The position numbers and the translations under genes were made by a program. 64,000 nt of DNA from Eledone cirrhosa. Lineage: Eukaryota. The stretch covers positions 32,302,001 through 32,366,000 of the forward strand of contig OZ024753.1 of assembly GCA_964016885.1 (NCBI GenBank), in the 5' to 3' direction. Shown in pieces: positions 47,403-61,581 of the stretch (within the stretch, counting starts at the first letter, position 1; the number at the start of each line of letters is the position of its first letter). Under the pieces are notes generated by a model, which worked only from the letters and a program-made list of their open reading frames with translations, made no database searches and was not told the DNA's origin.

Positions 47403-47502
47403 TTATAAAACCATATTTATTTCATTATATATATTTCGGGGATATCATATTAACAATATGCTATGCCTTCATCAGACAAAATACAATATAAACAGTTTTA
47501 TA
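47403..47502 (-). ncRNA. Hammerhead ribozyme in the inverted pLTR (family A)
   Basis: Reverse complement of the 48479 motif (tttcgggg...ccttcatcagac on the + strand). Confidence 0.72.
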
Positions 47503-47851
47503 GATAAATATATTCGACATACCGTAATAAACATCAACTTCATTTGAAGAGGTTCACTCTAGCAGTGAAAATACAGAGAGAAAGAAAGAGAGAGAGAAAA
47601 AAAGAGGGAAATAAGAAAGAAAGAAAGACGAAACGAAGAAAAGGAAGAAAAAGAAGAAAAAGAAGAAATGCATGGGACAAAATAGAGAGATGGAAAAATA
47701 GATAAAGCGAAGAGCTTCATGTAAAGAGACCGAAAGAGATATATATATATATATAGAGAGAGAGGAAATAGAGATAGATACATATATAAATATAGATATA
47801 GAAAAATTAGGTAGTGGGAGGTCATTTTGAGTAAGTGTATCAATGATGCAT

Positions 47852-47886
<35 letters not shown>

Positions 47887-48478
47887 GCTCAAGTATTAAT
47901 GTAAGGGAGATATAGAGAGATATAGAGAGATATATAGAGAGAAAAATTTAAAAATAGCCAGACATATTCGAGGCGTAGAAAACCCTATGTTTTAATGTAT
48001 TAGTATTTATAAAACTTACACTATATTGTAAATATCAGTATTCCTGAATGAAACAAGTATTCACAATGCGTGAAAATTCATTATCTTATGTTTAGTTTTT
48101 TAAAAAATTCATATGTCTATGTGAATCCAACTGATTCACTCCGCAAATTCAAAGTTACCGGAAAACATTCTCAATGTGGTATAAACATTTGAGCGTATTA
48201 TTATTCTTGCGATTACTCTCTCTCTATATATATATATATATCTCTTTCGGTCTCTTTACATGAAGCTCTTCGCTTTATCTATTTTTCCATCTCTCTATTT
48301 TGTCCCATGCATTTCTTCTTTTTCTTCTTTTTCTTCCTTTTCTTCGTTTCGTCTTTCTTTCTTTCTTATTTCCCTCTTTTTTTCTCTCTCTCTTTCTTTC
48401 TCTCTGTATTTTCACTGCTAGAGTGAACCTCTTCAAATGAAGTTGATGTTTATTACGGTATGTCGAATATATTTATCT

Positions 48479-48576
48479 ATAAAACTGTTTATATTGTATT
48501 TTGTCTGATGAAGGCATAGCATATTGTTAATATGATATCCCCGAAATATATATAATGAAATAAATATGGTTTTATA
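48479..48576 (+). ncRNA. Type I hammerhead ribozyme in the 5' pLTR (family A)
   Basis: Stem I atattgtattttgt/atgaaataaatat; CTGATGA at 48505-48511; stem II containing catatt-gtt-aatatg; GAAA at 48543-48546; palindromic minimal stem III (TATATA); AUA cleavage triplet. Confidence 0.75.
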
Positions 48577-48739
48577 AATATAGTTTTCCATTTATAATAT
48601 TGTAAATATACTCCATGTATTTGTCGAGTGCTTTTATATCAGTTATAAATATTTACTAGTTGTAACCCAACAATTTTAAATATAACTTTACATGTATCTT
48701 GCTCCAATACTGTTGAGCGCTTTATATTATAACTGAAAA

Positions 48740-50953
48740 ATGGAATTCTTTAAGATTACTTCCTCTCTAAAAGACATACCTCTACCTAGAAACAAAGACT
48801 TTGTAAAACAACTAATAGATAAATCTGACTCTTTTATAAGGAGAATCAGGTGGCGTGCATTCCACTTTGATAAATTTAATGCAGACGAAAATATCTCGGA
48901 CTTAAACAAAGTTTTCAAATCTAAAAGAAATCCACCCCCTAACAAACTTTTATCTGACTTTGAAAACGATATAATTTCTATCATACAAGGGGTCAAATTC
49001 AAGAGAAACTTTAAAGGCCAGGAATATCTGAAAGGCATTAAGGATAACATTGAGAGCTTAGAGAAAACTGAGAAGATCTTGGTGAAATCTGACAAGACCA
49101 ACAACCTCTATGGAGTGCAGAAAGACATGTATAATGGCCTCATACTGAAAGAGCTGAGGAAAAAATACAAGGTAGCAGATAAGACCGAACTTGTGAAAAT
49201 GAATGTTGAAGCATCTTGTATAATGCATGAGTTGGAAATTGAGAACAGAACACAACCTTTTGTGCCCAGGAAACCGAAGATCAATATGAAGGACCACAAG
49301 AGGAATTTTGAGATTGACCTGCCAGTTAGATTAATCGCACCTTCAAAATCGGACCTGGGCAAATTAAGCAAAAACATTCTTGACAGGGTGATACTGCAAA
49401 TTAAGAACTTGGATTATGTATCTAACCTGAGCTTGTGGAAGGGAACCGGAGAGGTTGTTGAGTGGTTTAGGCAAATTAAATATGACAATAATAATAGGTT
49501 TATTCAACTTGATATAGCTAACTATTATTCTTCTATTACCCCTAGTCTACTAAATAAGGCACTAAATTACGCATTCAAACATACGGACCTAACTAGCAAA
49601 GAAATGCATATTATATTATCGGCTAGGAAAACTTTGATAGAATTTGATGACAAATTATGGACCAGAGCAGATAGAGATAGCAATTTTGACATAACTATGG
49701 GATCTTCCGACTCAGCTCAAGTAACTGACCTTGTGGGCTTATTTTTAATCAATTCGCTACATAGGAAAATACCTGGTACTACCGGAGGTTTATATAGGGA
49801 TGACATGCTTTTACTCATTAATAATAATAACCCTGAACTAAATAGAAAATGTAAACAAATTACAAATTTTTTTAATTACTTTAACCTTAAAATAGAAATT
49901 GAGAACAACCATAGAATAGTCAATTTCCTAGATATAACATTAAATCTCAACACATGTCTCCACTATCCTTTTCACAAGTTGAATGAAAACTTAAACTATG
50001 TCAACTTTAACTCTAACCACCCCAGATCTGTCAAAAACACTATAGTAAACTCAGTCCAAAAGCGTATCTCTAGGATCTCGTCGAATAGAAAGATTTTTGA
50101 CGAAAAGGCCCAATACTATAATGATGCACTAGCTAGGGCAGGGTATGCTGATAAGATTGTGTACATAGATAATGATAAACAAACTAAACAAAGTAACAAC
50201 TTTTTTAATTATGGCAACAACATTAACAACTATAATAGAAAGCATTACAATAATTCCAAAGGACAAAAAAGAAATAGAACTAGGAACATAATTTGGTTTG
50301 CCCCCCCTTTCTCACTAAACATTAAAACCCACATCGCTAAATTATTTTTCAAAGCTCTTGATAATCGCTTCCCTAGAACACATAGGTACCACTCAATCTT
50401 CAATAGGCATACAATTAAATTAACCTATTCATCCACCAAAAATTTAGCACAAAATATTAATAGAATAAATAATAGGAACTTAAAAACTACTGATAATAGC
50501 ATAAATAATATACAAGTTAACAAATGCAACTGTAGAGATAGATCTAAATGTCCGTTAAATAACAACTGCTTAGTTAAAAATATAGTATACAATTGTAATG
50601 TTAATACTGACTCTAATTCTTTTAACTACGTCGGTTCCACATCGACGGAATTTAAACTTCGCTATAATAACCACAAGAATTCTTTCACAGATCCAAATAA
50701 AAAATCTTCAACGGCACTATCAGGTGTACTCTGGCAACTTAAGCTAGATAACGTTAGATATTCGACGGCTTGGAATATAGTCTCAAGAGGGATTCCTTTT
50801 AATTCATCCTCTGAGACATGTGACCTCTGCGCAGAGGAGATATTCTTTATACTAAAATCTAAAAATTCCCTTAACCTACGGACAAATTTATTCAGTTGTT
50901 GCAAACATAGATTAAACTCAACGTTTAAATATAAATTTAAATTTAAAATGTAG
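48740..50953 (+). CDS. PLE polyprotein: reverse transcriptase + C-terminal GIY-YIG endonuclease (737 aa)
   Basis: Uninterrupted ORF with RT motifs LDIANYYSSI, TMGSSDS, GLYRDD and VNFLDITL. It has a CNCR..CPL..CL Zn-finger-like linker, a GIY-YIG core (NIVY...YVGST..FKLRYNNH), CDLC and a terminal CKHR. This motif set matches Naiad-clade PLEs as I recall them. Confidence 0.93.
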   Translation: MEFFKITSSLKDIPLPRNKDFVKQLIDKSDSFIRRIRWRAFHFDKFNADENISDLNKVFKSKRNPPPNKLLSDFENDIISIIQGVKFKRNFKGQEYLKGIKDNIESLEKTEKILVKSDKTNNLYGVQKDMYNGLILKELRKKYKVADKTELVKMNVEASCIMHELEIENRTQPFVPRKPKINMKDHKRNFEIDLPVRLIAPSKSDLGKLSKNILDRVILQIKNLDYVSNLSLWKGTGEVVEWFRQIKYDNNNRFIQLDIANYYSSITPSLLNKALNYAFKHTDLTSKEMHIILSARKTLIEFDDKLWTRADRDSNFDITMGSSDSAQVTDLVGLFLINSLHRKIPGTTGGLYRDDMLLLINNNNPELNRKCKQITNFFNYFNLKIEIENNHRIVNFLDITLNLNTCLHYPFHKLNENLNYVNFNSNHPRSVKNTIVNSVQKRISRISSNRKIFDEKAQYYNDALARAGYADKIVYIDNDKQTKQSNNFFNYGNNINNYNRKHYNNSKGQKRNRTRNIIWFAPPFSLNIKTHIAKLFFKALDNRFPRTHRYHSIFNRHTIKLTYSSTKNLAQNINRINNRNLKTTDNSINNIQVNKCNCRDRSKCPLNNNCLVKNIVYNCNVNTDSNSFNYVGSTSTEFKLRYNNHKNSFTDPNKKSSTALSGVLWQLKLDNVRYSTAWNIVSRGIPFNSSSETCDLCAEEIFFILKSKNSLNLRTNLFSCCKHRLNSTFKYKFKFKM

Positions 50954-52105
50954 TATATTTAGTTTGATTTATATTTATATGAGAACTAGCCGATAAATCT
51001 TTTGATTCCTAAATCTTTGATTCCCTCTTTTTACTGTTTATTTTATTGTATTTATTTTTATTTTTATTTTTATTTTTATCTAAACATTCCTCATGAAAAA
51101 TTAAGCTACCCTAAAAGCCGATGCTCCAAATTTTATGAATTAACCTTACACTTGATAAACTTATATATTAAATATAGGAACATATGTAGACATTATTGGA
51201 CATCATAACCTTTTTTTGCGATATTCCTTGCTAGATGTGATTTGATAGATAATTTTTGGCTTTGTCTTGTAGTGAACTTGGCAATATATTGTCAATTAAC
51301 CTTGATGGGTTGTTCTTTGTGGTTTATTTTTTATTTTTATTTTTATTTTTATTTTTATTTTTATTTTTATTTTTATTTTTATTTTTATTTTTATTTTTAT
51401 TTTTATTTTTATTTTTATTTTTATTTTTATTTTTATTTTTATTTTTATTCTTTAGTATTGTAGTATTCTATAATATTTTTATATTTTTATTTTTTATTTT
51501 TTATTTTATTTTATTTTTATTTTTAATATTTTTATATGTAAAGTTTTAATACGCAATAATTTTAAAACATAGTATTTTTAATATGCAATATTTTTATTAT
51601 GTAATATTCTTTCGTAATATTCTTTTTTAGTTTTCTATTCTATATTTTTATATTTTTATATATTTTTACTTATTATCATTATTATTGTTATCTCTGCTTA
51701 TAATATAATATATACTTTCGATTGGTATATTGAAATCTTGCTCTCTATTTCTGCTTGATAGATAATCTTGTAGAGTAATCGCAAGAATAATAATACGCTC
51801 AAATGTTTATACCACATTGAGAATGTTTTCCGGTAACTTTGAATTTGCGGAGTGAATCAGTTGGATTCACATAGACATATGAATTTTTTAAAAAACTAAA
51901 CATAAGATAATGAATTTTCACGCATTGTGAATACTTGTTTCATTCAGGAATACTGATATTTAACAATATAGTGTAAGTTTTATAAATACTAATACATTAA
52001 AACATAGGGTTTTCTACGCCTCGAATATGTCTGGCTATTTTTAAATTTTTCTCTCTATATATCTCTCTATATCTCTCTATATCTCCCTTACATTAATACT
52101 TGAGC

Positions 52106-52140
<35 letters not shown>

Positions 52141-52488
52141 ATGCATCATTGATACACTTACTCAAAATGACCTCCCACTACCTAATTTTTCTATATCTAT
52201 ATTTATATATGTATCTATCTCTATTTCCTCTCTCTCTATATATATATATATATCTCTTTCGGTCTCTTTACATGAAGCTCTTCGCTTTATCTATTTTTCC
52301 ATCTCTCTATTTTGTCCCATGCATTTCTTCTTTTTCTCTTTTTCTTCCTTTTCTTCGTTTCGTCTTTCTTTCTTTCTTATTTCCCTCTTTTTTTCTCTCT
52401 CTCTTTCTTTCTCTCTGTATTTTCACTGCTAGAGTGAACCTCTTCAAATGAAGTTGATGTTTATTACGGTATGTCGAATATATTTATC

Positions 52489-52586
52489 TATAAAACTGTT
52501 TATATTGTATTTTGTCTGATGAAGCATAGCATATTGTTAATATGATATCCCCGAAATATATATAATGAAATAAATATGGTTTTATA
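52489..52586 (+). ncRNA. Hammerhead ribozyme in the 3' pLTR (family A)
   Basis: Same as the 48479 copy apart from a 1-nt deletion after CTGATGA (52516-52522). Confidence 0.72.
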
Positions 52587-53012
52587 AATATAGTTTCCAT
52601 TTATAATATTGTAAATATACTCCATGTATTTGTCGAGTGCTTTTATATCAGTTATAAATATTTACTAGTTGTAACCCAACAATTTTAAATATAACTTTAC
52701 ATGTATATATATATATATATATTCATATATATATATATATTCATATATATATATATATATTATTCATATATATATATATATATTTCATATATATATATAT
52801 TATATCATATATATATTATATATATATTCATATATATATATATATATATTCATATATATATATATTATATATATATATATATGTATTCATATATATTATA
52901 TTCATATATATATATATTCATATATATATATTTCATATATATATATTCATATATATATATATATATTATATATATATATATTCATATATATATATTCATA
53001 TATATATATTCC

Positions 53013-53057
<45 letters not shown>

Positions 53058-53118
53058 TCATATATATATATTCATATATATATATATATATATATTCATA
53101 TATATATATTCATATATA

Positions 53119-53150
<32 letters not shown>

Positions 53151-53237
53151 CATATAATATATATATATATATATATTCATATATATATATATATATATAT
53201 TCATATATATATATTCATATATATATATATATATATA

Positions 53238-53343
<106 letters not shown>

Positions 53344-53378
53344 TATAAATATATATATATTCATATATATATATATTC

Positions 53379-53567
<189 letters not shown>

Positions 53568-53611
53568 TATATATATACATATAAATATATATATATATTC
53601 ATATATATATA

Positions 53612-53647
<36 letters not shown>

Positions 53648-53650
53648 TAT

Positions 53651-53726
<76 letters not shown>

Positions 53727-54280
53727 TATATATATTCATATATATATACATATATATATATATATTTATTATTCATTTGAACCAGGATGTCGTCTTCATC
53801 TATTTATTTATTTATTCAATTCATTTTTTTTTTTTGATTTTTAAAACAAAATGTTTCTATTCAATATGGATGAACGTCATTATGTTGAAGAATAAAAACA
53901 AATAGAAAATGACAGCTATAGTTAGTCTGAGGATGCTGAAACGGGTGAAGAGTGTGTCGTAGAGGTTTGTTTAAGACATTAAGGTTAAAGACGCAAAACA
54001 CTGCCGGACAATAATGGTAACGTAAGATGGTACTGGTTTTGTCTAGACCAGATAACATTAATGACCGCAAATACCATAGTTGTTATATTTGTGTTTGTTT
54101 CATTATTACTTTGTATTTCTTTATTTATTTATTGATTTGTTTAGTTATTGATATTAATTATCGTTTTATAGCTTATTTCACTTTTGTTTCTGAAGATTAA
54201 TTCGGATATTTCTATTATATAATTGTATGTACGCACAAACACACACACACACACACAGATGCACACATATAATATATATA

Positions 54281-54320
<40 letters not shown>

Positions 54321-54402
54321 CCTATTTCATCTCATGTTTCAGAAGCATTATATGTGATTTCACTATTTGATGATAAACGGCTAATGAGATCGAAATATAC
54401 TA

Positions 54403-54463
<61 letters not shown>

Positions 54464-54793
54464 CTTTATACAACGTGTATCATTGAATGAAGAATAAGAT
54501 TCTGGCGTGTTGTGATCTTGAAAAAATAATTCCAATGCAAGTTGACGACATTTCATTCCATTATCTCTTCATTTTGTTTTGCTTGGTCTTGTTTTTTCTT
54601 TGTTTTGTATGTGCGGTGGTGTGGATAGAAAAAGTTCTTGTAGCATTACATCGATTGGACAAATGCTTTCTGAGTGATTCTGGAACTTTCGTGTCTAGTT
54701 AACATACACGAAAGTGTCTGTGCACAGCTGCCATCGCTCCCTTTTGTATGAGATACCCAGCTATCACACCATTAGTAACACTACCTTTCACTG

Positions 54794-54869
<76 letters not shown>

Positions 54870-55345
54870 TCCCTCTCCCTCTCTGCTTCTTTTATTTGGT
54901 TTTGTTTCAGCATTGATCGATTGCATCAGTTTGCGCTCTGGTTATCTCACAAACTACTTAAGTTGGCAGCTTAGATATATTTTCTTTTTTTGTTTTATGT
55001 ACAATTATTATCTCAATGATAGTAATTCTTCAAAATGAAGTAGCTTTTTGTGTGATTTTCGGAATCTTGTTTTTTTTTTTGTGTTTTTTTTTTTAACAAA
55101 ATGGGGATATCAAGTAGGTGGCTTAGGTATATTCAGCACAAGATGTGAATCCAAAGAATAATGAAATCGAAAAAGGAAATAGCTAAAACGAATAACAAAA
55201 TACATAATATTACAGGCATGGCTGTTTTATTAAGGAATTCACATTCTTCCGTTTAGCACGGAGCACTGTTCCTTTGCATCAATATAAAACCCGTTGGTAT
55301 ATGTTCCTGAATATATCTTAATTACATTAATATTAATACAAAAGG

Positions 55346-55562
55346 ACGGTTGATTGGTGGTATCGGTAGAGCATCGGACAACATATTTTGTGCATAGACT
55401 TACGGCTCTTTCCGTTCAGGGCCCAAATCCTGTCACGGTTAGCTTTGCCTTTCCTCATTCCGGGATCGATAAAATAAAGTACCAGTAACGCACTGTGGCC
55501 GATCTATACGACTTTCACCTCCTCCCAAACTGTTGGCCTTGAGCCTGAATAAGACACAATTA
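55346..55562 (+). mobile_element. SINE, same family
   Basis: gtatcggtagagcatcggac...ctttgcctttcctcattccgggatcgataaaataaagtaccag...ttggccttg. Confidence 0.72.
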
Positions 55563-56923
55563 ATATTAATGCAATGCCAATCTAACCGAGTGCGTATATT
55601 CTATCATAGATTACATTAAACATATGAGACGGTCTGAACCCACAGAGAACACCTCAGTGGCCCACCTATTGCCAATCCCTGGTTAAAACAATTTACTATA
55701 AAATAAAAAATAAAAATGAAAACTCGCTATCTGGTGGTGGTGGTGGTGGTGGTGGTGGTGATGGTGCCTTTCGGTGGTGAAATTCGTTTATTGATTGTCA
55801 TCTATCAGAAGATACATGGCAGAGTTATTGAGAGATTATTGTATGTTAATTGATTCAATGAGATAAATGTAAAATTATGGTTTTTCTGACAGCATAAGGT
55901 ATCAAAATCTAACATTACTGAGAAAGATCATCTGATACTGTGAAAGGGAATATTTGTTTTCTAAATTTACTGACAGATAATCTACACCAGAGTTGCAACC
56001 TCTTCGTTGACATATTGTCATGATATCACCAGATAGCTGCTTTAATATGATATGTTTAATTCATGTTATTATTTGTTTTTTCTCAAGGTTCGTTTGTGAA
56101 GAGCCTCAACTTCGCACTTCCATTTCCTATAACACATTTAGAACTAAAACACTTCTCTCAAATATTATCATACAAACATTTATTTCATAAACTTACCAAC
56201 CAAAGGCTGTTTGCTAATTCAAGAAATAAAACTTATGGATTACAGTTAGCTTAACCAAAATAGTGAGTAGAGAAAGTGTAGATGTCCTCTCTAAAATGAT
56301 GAAAGAACTGTCTGTAGTCGCGGTTTTCTCTCTTTAAAGACAAAGAGATGCTTCCATAGCGTTACTCTATTTTTTATTATGTTGTTATATGTAACCTATG
56401 TAATCAGTATTACTTTTATATTTTTTACACAACACACGTTCTTAAATTCTTAGAATAGAATAGATTACTCAAAATGAAGGGCTTAGCTTGGGATTCTTTT
56501 GGGGCCTGTGTAGCTGGGTAGAGGAAGGAAGGTAGCGATTTACCTTCAGACAATTGCAGCCTGGTTTTAGATGCTTACAATGTAGTTAACTAAGACTAAA
56601 ACGTCCAGACAAGGCTGTATGTAGTACGGTAAAACCAGAAGACAGATTTCATTTATCAAGCAGGAACGAATCAAGATACTTCCAAAGATCTTCCATGCAG
56701 TTTCTGCCTGCCAAGTTTCACTGGAAGACATTTGCTAACTAGGGGCTATAACATAAAACACTGGCTCCGATTCTCCGCCCAGATGGATCAAAATTAAAGC
56801 AAACTTCCTTAAACATCTGTATCACACATATTCCATTTGCTTGAAGTATGTGTTTCTCCTTTCTATTCCTTGGTGTATAATATGTAAACAAACAATGTAC
56901 GAAGCCGAATTGACCGCTGAGTA

Positions 56924-58772
<1,849 letters not shown>

Positions 58773-59635
58773 ATTGTAACGTCCTGTGGGATAAAACAAA
58801 ATGCTATGTCTTCATCACGACACACGCGTACTTACGTTCAGTGCTTCGTATCAACGGAACCCATTTGATGGAAAACGGTATAAACTTGATCTGAATGCAT
58901 AATCGTGTTTGAAATTAGAATACGAAATGATTTTTTAACATATTTCATCTTCTAAAAAAAATATTAAATGGAGGAAATACAAAATGGAGGAAATCTAACT
59001 TTTAAAAATATAGTATCTCTGTTACCAATTAGATCAAAAAACAAGAATGGTTGAATGTGTAACAAGTAGTCCGGTTTATTGAAGAAAGTATTGCATTATC
59101 GCAAATCTTCATCTTTGTAAAAGTGGTTTAGGTTTTCAAGAATTTGAATAAAAAAAAAGTTCTGCAAAGTGTTACAAATATGAATTTAATATCCGGTAAA
59201 TAATTGAAAATAAATAAGTTTTAATGAGACCTGTCTACATTCACACACACACTTACAGATATACACGCACGCATGTCCATATAAAGTGTTAGGCTATTGT
59301 GGAAGAGTAGTTGACTTTATAAAATGTAATAATTGATTAGAATAGAGAGAGAAACGATGATTTAGGAAAGAGAGGGAGAAGGGGGTGATGTTGCAGAAGA
59401 CGGAAATGACAATAACATATAGTTATTTATTAGAGATGTGGAGAGAGATAGAGATAAAGATGGGAGTAATTTAGTAGATGTAATATCAAACCTTTTGTAA
59501 ATTGTATAAGGAAGAAGATGATCGAGATAGAGTAGAGATTTTTGCCGATGAATACAGTGAATTTACTTAGTGTCGAATGAAGTAAAGAGACGTACGTATG
59601 CATAAGTGAAAAGGAAATATATATATATATATATA

Positions 59636-60473
59636 TATAGTAGAATAATCGAGTATCGAAAAATCGGCGCACGAGTTCACGATAAACAAAATTCGAAATG
59701 AGCGGCAGAGGGCTCAATAATTCCGATAAATCAGAGCTATAACTATCGTTAAAATACCGTCACACATAGAACAAGTCTATAATCAACCGTACGACCGAAA
59801 AATTGCGATCTGGAAGATTCGGGACACTCAGATAAAATATCAATAAATCAATAAATCAAATGAATGTAAAAAGCATACCCGGACCCGCTAGAAAGATGGT
59901 AAATCTAGCTTCTTGGGTTTCTGTAAATCCTTAAACTGCCCTCTATCAGCTCACATAATTATATATAAGACTTATAGGAGCCAGCGGACCGGAATTTACT
60001 TCCTCAACGAGCCTTTGTCCGAGCGAATGAAAAGGCATAACCCAGGCTGAAAAAGCACATGGAATTCAGTAAGGGAGATAACCTCTATATCCGCAAAAAA
60101 TATTCGGGAAAATGTGGAAATACACATATCGAATAAGAGTGCTCAATAGACATGTTAAAATAAACAGGAGCTATTCATCCTTTAATAGAATCGACAAAAA
60201 ATGAACAATAAAATTAACTGGTCAATAGCTAGGTCTAGAGCTAAATATAGTAGAATAATCAAGTATCGAAAAATCGGCGCACGAGTTCACGATAAACAAA
60301 ATTCGAAATGAGCGGCAGAGGGCTCAATAATTCAGATAAATCAGAGCTATAACTATCGTTAAAATACCGTCACACATAGAACAAGACTATAATCAACCGT
60401 ACGACCGAAAAATTGCGATCTGGAAGATTCGGGGCACTCAGATAAAATATCAATAAATCAAATGAATGTAAAA
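59636..60473. repeat. Non-coding island with ~230-bp near-identical direct repeats at both ends
   Basis: 59636-59872 is repeated at 60246-60473 around a ~370-bp spacer. Flanked by (TA)n. Confidence 0.85.
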
Positions 60474-60490
60474 ATATATATATATATATA

Positions 60491-60524
<34 letters not shown>

Positions 60525-60546
60525 TATATATATGTATATATATATA

Positions 60547-60590
<44 letters not shown>

Positions 60591-60777
60591 TATATATATA
60601 TATATACACTATATATATATATATATATATATATACACTATATATATTTATATATACACTATATATATATATATACACTATATATATACATACACTATAT
60701 ATATATATATATATATATACATACACTATATATATATATATATAAATATACACACACTATATATATATATATACATA

Positions 60778-60816
<39 letters not shown>

Positions 60817-60841
60817 CACTATATATATATATATATATACA

Positions 60842-60875
<34 letters not shown>

Positions 60876-60906
60876 GAAAGGAGGAAGTTATATTTATATA
60901 TATATG

Positions 60907-60939
<33 letters not shown>

Positions 60940-60964
60940 GGAAGGAGGAAGTTATATTTATATA

Positions 60965-61014
<50 letters not shown>

Positions 61015-61073
61015 TATATATTTATATATATATATAATTATATATATTTATATATATATATGTATATATAAAT

Positions 61074-61146
<73 letters not shown>

Positions 61147-61197
61147 TACACATATATATATATATTTATATATATATATATATATATAAATATACAC

Positions 61198-61229
<32 letters not shown>

Positions 61230-61327
61230 ATATAAACATACATATATATATATATATTTATATATATATATATATAAACATACATATATATATATATATT
61301 TATATATATATATATATATAAACATAC

Positions 61328-61361
<34 letters not shown>

Positions 61362-61371
61362 ATAAACATAC

Positions 61372-61403
<32 letters not shown>

Positions 61404-61415
61404 ATATAAATATAC

Positions 61416-61447
<32 letters not shown>

Positions 61448-61449
61448 AA

Positions 61450-61494
<45 letters not shown>

Positions 61495-61512
61495 AATATA
61501 CATATATATATA

Positions 61513-61580
<68 letters not shown>
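60474..61580. repeat. (TA)n compound microsatellite
   Basis: Directly visible. Confidence 0.95.
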
Positions 61581-61581
61581 T

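Larger units (their letters stand above)
47368..52706 (+). mobile_element. Apparently full-length Penelope-like retroelement (Naiad-like): inverted partial pLTR + 5' pLTR + ORF + 3' UTR/pLTR, inserted in (TA)n
   Basis: 48216-48697 is a near-identical direct repeat of 52228-52706. 47368-48219 is an inverted copy of about 51772-52613. An intact RT-GIY-YIG ORF lies between them and both ends abut TA microsatellite. This is the typical PLE architecture. Confidence 0.93.

Noticed and set aside
54186-54400. CTGAAGA and TTGATGA..GAAA motifs
   Set aside because: No matching stems I-III around the motifs; consistent with chance in AT-rich DNA.
58826-58880. AG...GTAAG-bounded segment on the minus strand as a candidate upstream exon
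   Set aside because: The only open frame ([18 protein letters not shown]) shows no similarity to the expected receptor sequence.
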